IMG/VR virus record: IMGVR_UViG_3300027984_000004 | DNA length: 20,000 bases | From: an uncultured virus (IMG/VR IMGVR_UViG_3300027984_000004) | Lineage: Duplodnaviria > Heunggongvirae > Uroviricota > Caudoviricetes | Direction: 5' to 3' (one strand) | Shown here: one piece after another, positions 16,587 to 20,000 of the stretch | How the letters are laid out: every line of letters begins with the position of its first letter | How positions within the stretch are numbered: position 1 is the stretch's first letter | Made by a program: the position numbers and the translations under genes | Notes under the pieces: generated by a model | Database searches by the model: none | Seen by the model: the letters and a program-made list of their open reading frames with translations, nothing else | Told to the model about the DNA's origin: nothing

Positions 16587-16943
16587 TTACAATTTAACCT
16601 GCTGACCGACCATGCTATTAGACTTCATTTCAGCGGCCTTTTTTTCATTGATTGTAGCTTCTCCAGTTTCATCATCATCCCATGGACCTTTATCATCTAC
16701 CACCGTGGCTATCGCTTGTGGAAATTTAACATTATAAAGTACATTCACGCAATTAACCGCATATACAGCAAAATGGCATGACGAATGTTTATCAATTAAT
16801 TTGACAAGAGCATTCTGGATATTTTGCCTATAATCTTCTGCCGTTAATACCGATGTATTACTCCATTCTGCCAGAAATTTGTATAAATCTCCAAAAAATA
16901 AATTATCCTTTCCTCCGCTCTTAAAATCAAACTCCGACATCAT
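16587..16943 (-). CDS. Hypothetical protein
   Basis: 118-aa ORF in the operon. Confidence 0.65.
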   Translation of the reverse strand: MMSEFDFKSGGKDNLFFGDLYKFLAEWSNTSVLTAEDYRQNIQNALVKLIDKHSSCHFAVYAVNCVNVLYNVKFPQAIATVVDDKGPWDDDETGEATINEKKAAEMKSNSMVGQQVKL

Positions 16944-17242
16944 ATATACATCCTTCAGTCAGCATCCACCCAGAGCCATTACATAATTGACATTTATCAT
17001 CTATCCCGCCGCACAAACACTCAACCAAAATCATTCTTCTGCCTCCATATTCGCCCATCGAACAAATTCATCCCAACAATTATATCCGTAATATTCAACT
17101 TCACAAGTATATCGCGCAGGACAATCTCTACAACGTAACTTATTCATATCTCATATTTAATTAAGTTAGAACATTCAGCGCATTTATGCCCGCTATTGCG
17201 ACCAAACATTGAATACATTGCTTCATTCTTTCTTTTTATCAT
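16927..17242 (-). CDS. Chain of three tiny Cys-rich ORFs (17144-17242, 17031-17147, 16927-17034)
   Basis: 32, 38 and 35 aa, joined by ATGA overlaps; each has CxxC-type motifs. Confidence 0.6.
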
Positions 17243-17259
17243 TAAATCCCTCTGTGTAT

Positions 17260-17300
17260 ATTATATAACAGTTACTTCAAATTGGATACATTGCTTTCAA
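17260..17300 (-). promoter_or_regulatory. Promoter with conserved 18-bp upstream box (copy 1)
   Basis: TTGAAAGCAATGTATCCA - 17 bp - TATAAT. Confidence 0.7.
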
Positions 17301-17815
17301 GTACTATTTAAATAGTTAAATACAAAATAATACAAAATTCTATATAAATATCTAGCTGAATATATTTTGTCAATAAATGAAATATTTAAATTAAATCTAT
17401 GCTGAAACGTTAAAAGAGAAGCAATAAAAGCATTTGGGTTCATGTCGGTATCGTATTTATGTGTAAGAATATCCTTATATGAACCAGATTCAATTAATAA
17501 AAACATCCTTGCGCCGTCAGATTGCGCACGTTCAAACTCACGCTCAAAACGTAAACGTCCGTTGCTAAGATTCCCGGACAGTTCTGTCAAATTCGCCTTA
17601 CGCTCTATCGTTATTTTTCGACTAAAATCTATTTCTTTTGTCATATATTCACACACGGGAATTATACATGAATAATCCCCATAATCCAGTTTGCGCTCAA
17701 TAATTGGCACGAACGTATCTTTTAAAAACTTAATTATATGCCCATTTTTCTGCTCTCTTGTGTCAGATATTACAATTAAGCTCTTTAATACTTCATCACG
17801 TTCTTTTTTAGTCAT
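17297..17815 (-). CDS. ERCC4-domain nuclease
   Basis: DTREQ, KLDYGDYS, IERKA...EL, RFERE..R, LLIE motifs. Confidence 0.9.
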   Translation of the reverse strand: MTKKERDEVLKSLIVISDTREQKNGHIIKFLKDTFVPIIERKLDYGDYSCIIPVCEYMTKEIDFSRKITIERKANLTELSGNLSNGRLRFEREFERAQSDGARMFLLIESGSYKDILTHKYDTDMNPNAFIASLLTFQHRFNLNISFIDKIYSARYLYRILYYFVFNYLNST

Positions 17816-18165
17816 ATTTTATTTGCTTAATTCCTTATAATATTCGACCGTAACCTTGAAAATTTTATCCATAACAATCTCAAACAGATCGTTTGGCATG
17901 TTATTTTGCTTGCAAGTTTCCATGAATCCATATAATTCCATTAGGAATGGATTCAACTCGCGCTGATTCATGTCTAAATTGATTTGAAATGGCTCTATTT
18001 CTTTATCCTCCCTTTTTTAACAACAAACATTCCTAACGCAACACCCACCACCGCTCCAAACAATGATCCCAACATACAAATAATAAATACGTTTGCAATA
18101 TATTTTGACAATATTTCAACCATAAATTCCCTCCATAGTGGGGTATCCCCATTTTACGGATACCC

Positions 18166-18552
18166 CTAATTATCAATTTCCCTCCACTGATTTTTCAAAT
18201 ATTCCCAACATGATTTAAGATATGTCTCTATTTCCGGCATATCATCCTCAGTTATTTTATCAATCTCAACCGCCCAAAATATACCCTTACGTTGATATAT
18301 ATAATATAATTTTAGCGTATATTCATCTGGTATTTCCGTGCCATCAAATTCATCAAAACGATTTTCAATATCAAATCGAAAACAATGATTTAAATTATGA
18401 AAATTATGATCAACCGTCAAATCCTTATTGAACATATGGCGCTTGAAACTACTCCATGTATAATACTTTGTTTGGCCGAAATTATCCTGTTTACCTGCGT
18501 AATAGTTAGAATCAGAACAATAGAAACTATGATTAGTTAACTTTAATTCCAT
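18166..18552 (-). CDS. Hypothetical phage protein
   Basis: SD AAGGAGG before ATG (MELKLTNHSFYCS...). Confidence 0.7.
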   Translation of the reverse strand: MELKLTNHSFYCSDSNYYAGKQDNFGQTKYYTWSSFKRHMFNKDLTVDHNFHNLNHCFRFDIENRFDEFDGTEIPDEYTLKLYYIYQRKGIFWAVEIDKITEDDMPEIETYLKSCWEYLKNQWREIDN

Positions 18553-18553
18553 T

Positions 18554-19060
18554 TTATTCCTCCTTGTCACATAATAAATGTAATATTCTTTCAACTAAAC
18601 CTACATAATCCGGCGTAATTTTTACTTTATCCTTATGCGCTTCATAATAACTCAATGCATTACCGCCGAATTTATATCCCATTGCTTGCCAATCGCAAAT
18701 CATTTCCACATAAGATAATAATTGATATAAACCTTCATCTGATTTATTAAGCCAATATTGCCAATGATGTGAATTGTTTTCAAAATGATGCTCCCACGCA
18801 GTTTCGAATACATTTTCGTCTTTCACATCACCCTTGCAAGGATAAAAATATTCTCTGTATTGAGTGAACTCTTCCGCGCTATATTTACTTAAATCATGCC
18901 GTTTAATCATATCATTCAGCATATAGAACTTCCAGTCATCATAAACAAATGATTCGTTTTTACATTTATGCTGGACTTCATCCCAAGCTAACGCAACGTT
19001 CCTTCTATGTTCTTCAATGTAATTGCAATATTCTATGAATTTATCATTTATCTCGCTCAT
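18554..19060 (-). CDS. DUF5662-like HD-type protein
   Basis: H...V, HDLSKYS.EEF, W.HH...N.HHW.YW and EMICDW motifs. Confidence 0.75.
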   Translation of the reverse strand: MSEINDKFIEYCNYIEEHRRNVALAWDEVQHKCKNESFVYDDWKFYMLNDMIKRHDLSKYSAEEFTQYREYFYPCKGDVKDENVFETAWEHHFENNSHHWQYWLNKSDEGLYQLLSYVEMICDWQAMGYKFGGNALSYYEAHKDKVKITPDYVGLVERILHLLCDKEE

Positions 19061-19431
19061 GATTTTTTACTCCTATTTTTTAATCTATCTGGCAAATGCA
19101 ACACCATTACCACAAGTATATAACCTATTGTGAGTAATAATGCAATCGCTCCAACCGCATACTCCAACAATTTATCAATAGCGGCTAATTGTGCCCATAA
19201 TTGTAACCAATCCATAATTCCATACCTCCATTATATCCATTCTCACCGCGGTCGCTGTCTCTTAATATCCAGATTAAATAGATTGCCATCAGGCTCATCT
19301 TGAACTACCTGATGTGATACTATGAATGGCATACGATTGATAATAGCCTTCAATTCCTCATTGTCTCTTAACAAGTCATACATTTCTGCCTTCAACCTGC
19401 GAATTTTCTTTTTCTTACTCATACCATTCTC

Positions 19432-19524
19432 CTATTTAGATTTTTCGATAATTATTTCACATATAACGATAGTCAGTAATATTATAATAATCCATACTGC
19501 TACACGCCAAAAAATATCAATTAT
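19432..19524 (-). CDS. 30-aa single-TM peptide (probable ATA start)
   Basis: SD GAGGTG 6 nt before ATA; xIDIFWRVAVWIIIILLTIVICEIIIEKSK*; extended -10 TGATATAAT just upstream. Confidence 0.45.
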   Translation of the reverse strand: MIDIFWRVAVWIIIILLTIVICEIIIEKSK

Positions 19525-19571
19525 TTTACACACCTCACAATATTATATCATTAGATCCACATTTCAGATAT

Positions 19572-19796
19572 TTATTCGTCAAAATCTTGCTGTTTTAATA
19601 TCTCTTTGATTTGAATAAGAATATAAGAATTATCGTCATTATATAAGCCTAATAATTTAGCTTGCGTCCATACTAGACGAAACTTAAAATAACCGTTTAA
19701 AATAAGCGCTCCCATTTCAACATCTGTCTCTCCAGTTTTTGCCGTAATATCATCCTGCATATCATGTATCGTTTTAATAAACTCTGATACTCTCAT
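19572..19796 (-). CDS. Hypothetical protein
   Basis: 74-aa ORF with AAGGA SD. Confidence 0.6.
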   Translation of the reverse strand: MRVSEFIKTIHDMQDDITAKTGETDVEMGALILNGYFKFRLVWTQAKLLGLYNDDNSYILIQIKEILKQQDFDE

Positions 19797-20000
19797 AATA
19801 GATCTTCCTTTTATTTATTAAATGTCCAATGGTATAATTGTTTATAATATTCTAATTTATTCCGCGCTTCAATCATTTCTTTAAAACAGTATTCTTGTGA
19901 ATCAGAAATATCTTTACCGAATTTTGCTAAATCTATTATAATTTTTATTAACTCCATTTTATTATAAAAATCATTATTTAATATTTCTTGTATTTCATTA

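Overview
AT-rich tailed-phage or prophage segment, probably from a Firmicutes (Clostridia-like) host; every credible gene is on the minus strand. In transcription order (right to left): small hypothetical genes, a DUF5662/HD-like protein, an ERCC4 nuclease, a beta-class DNA methyltransferase split inside its DPPY motif, a wHTH + tubulin/FtsZ-like (TubR/TubZ-like) pair, membrane-anchored proteins, two secreted lysozyme-like+M15 peptidoglycan hydrolases, a thioredoxin, and a lone Cas7/RAMP-like gene followed directly by a ~295 bp non-coding array with 5-nt (NGY-NN) periodicity and a terminator. A sigmaA-type promoter then precedes ParB-like, a Dam-class methyltransferase (amber codon inside a 9-bp repeat), relic ParB/TerS fragments, TerS, TerL, portal, head morphogenesis protein, an HK97 gp10-like protein and, translationally coupled to it, a glutamate decarboxylase that runs off the left edge. 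The strongest candidate for an unusual system is the RAMP-like gene plus pentamer-periodic array, a putative RNA-guided, non-CRISPR module. All family calls are from motif recognition by eye; no searches were run.
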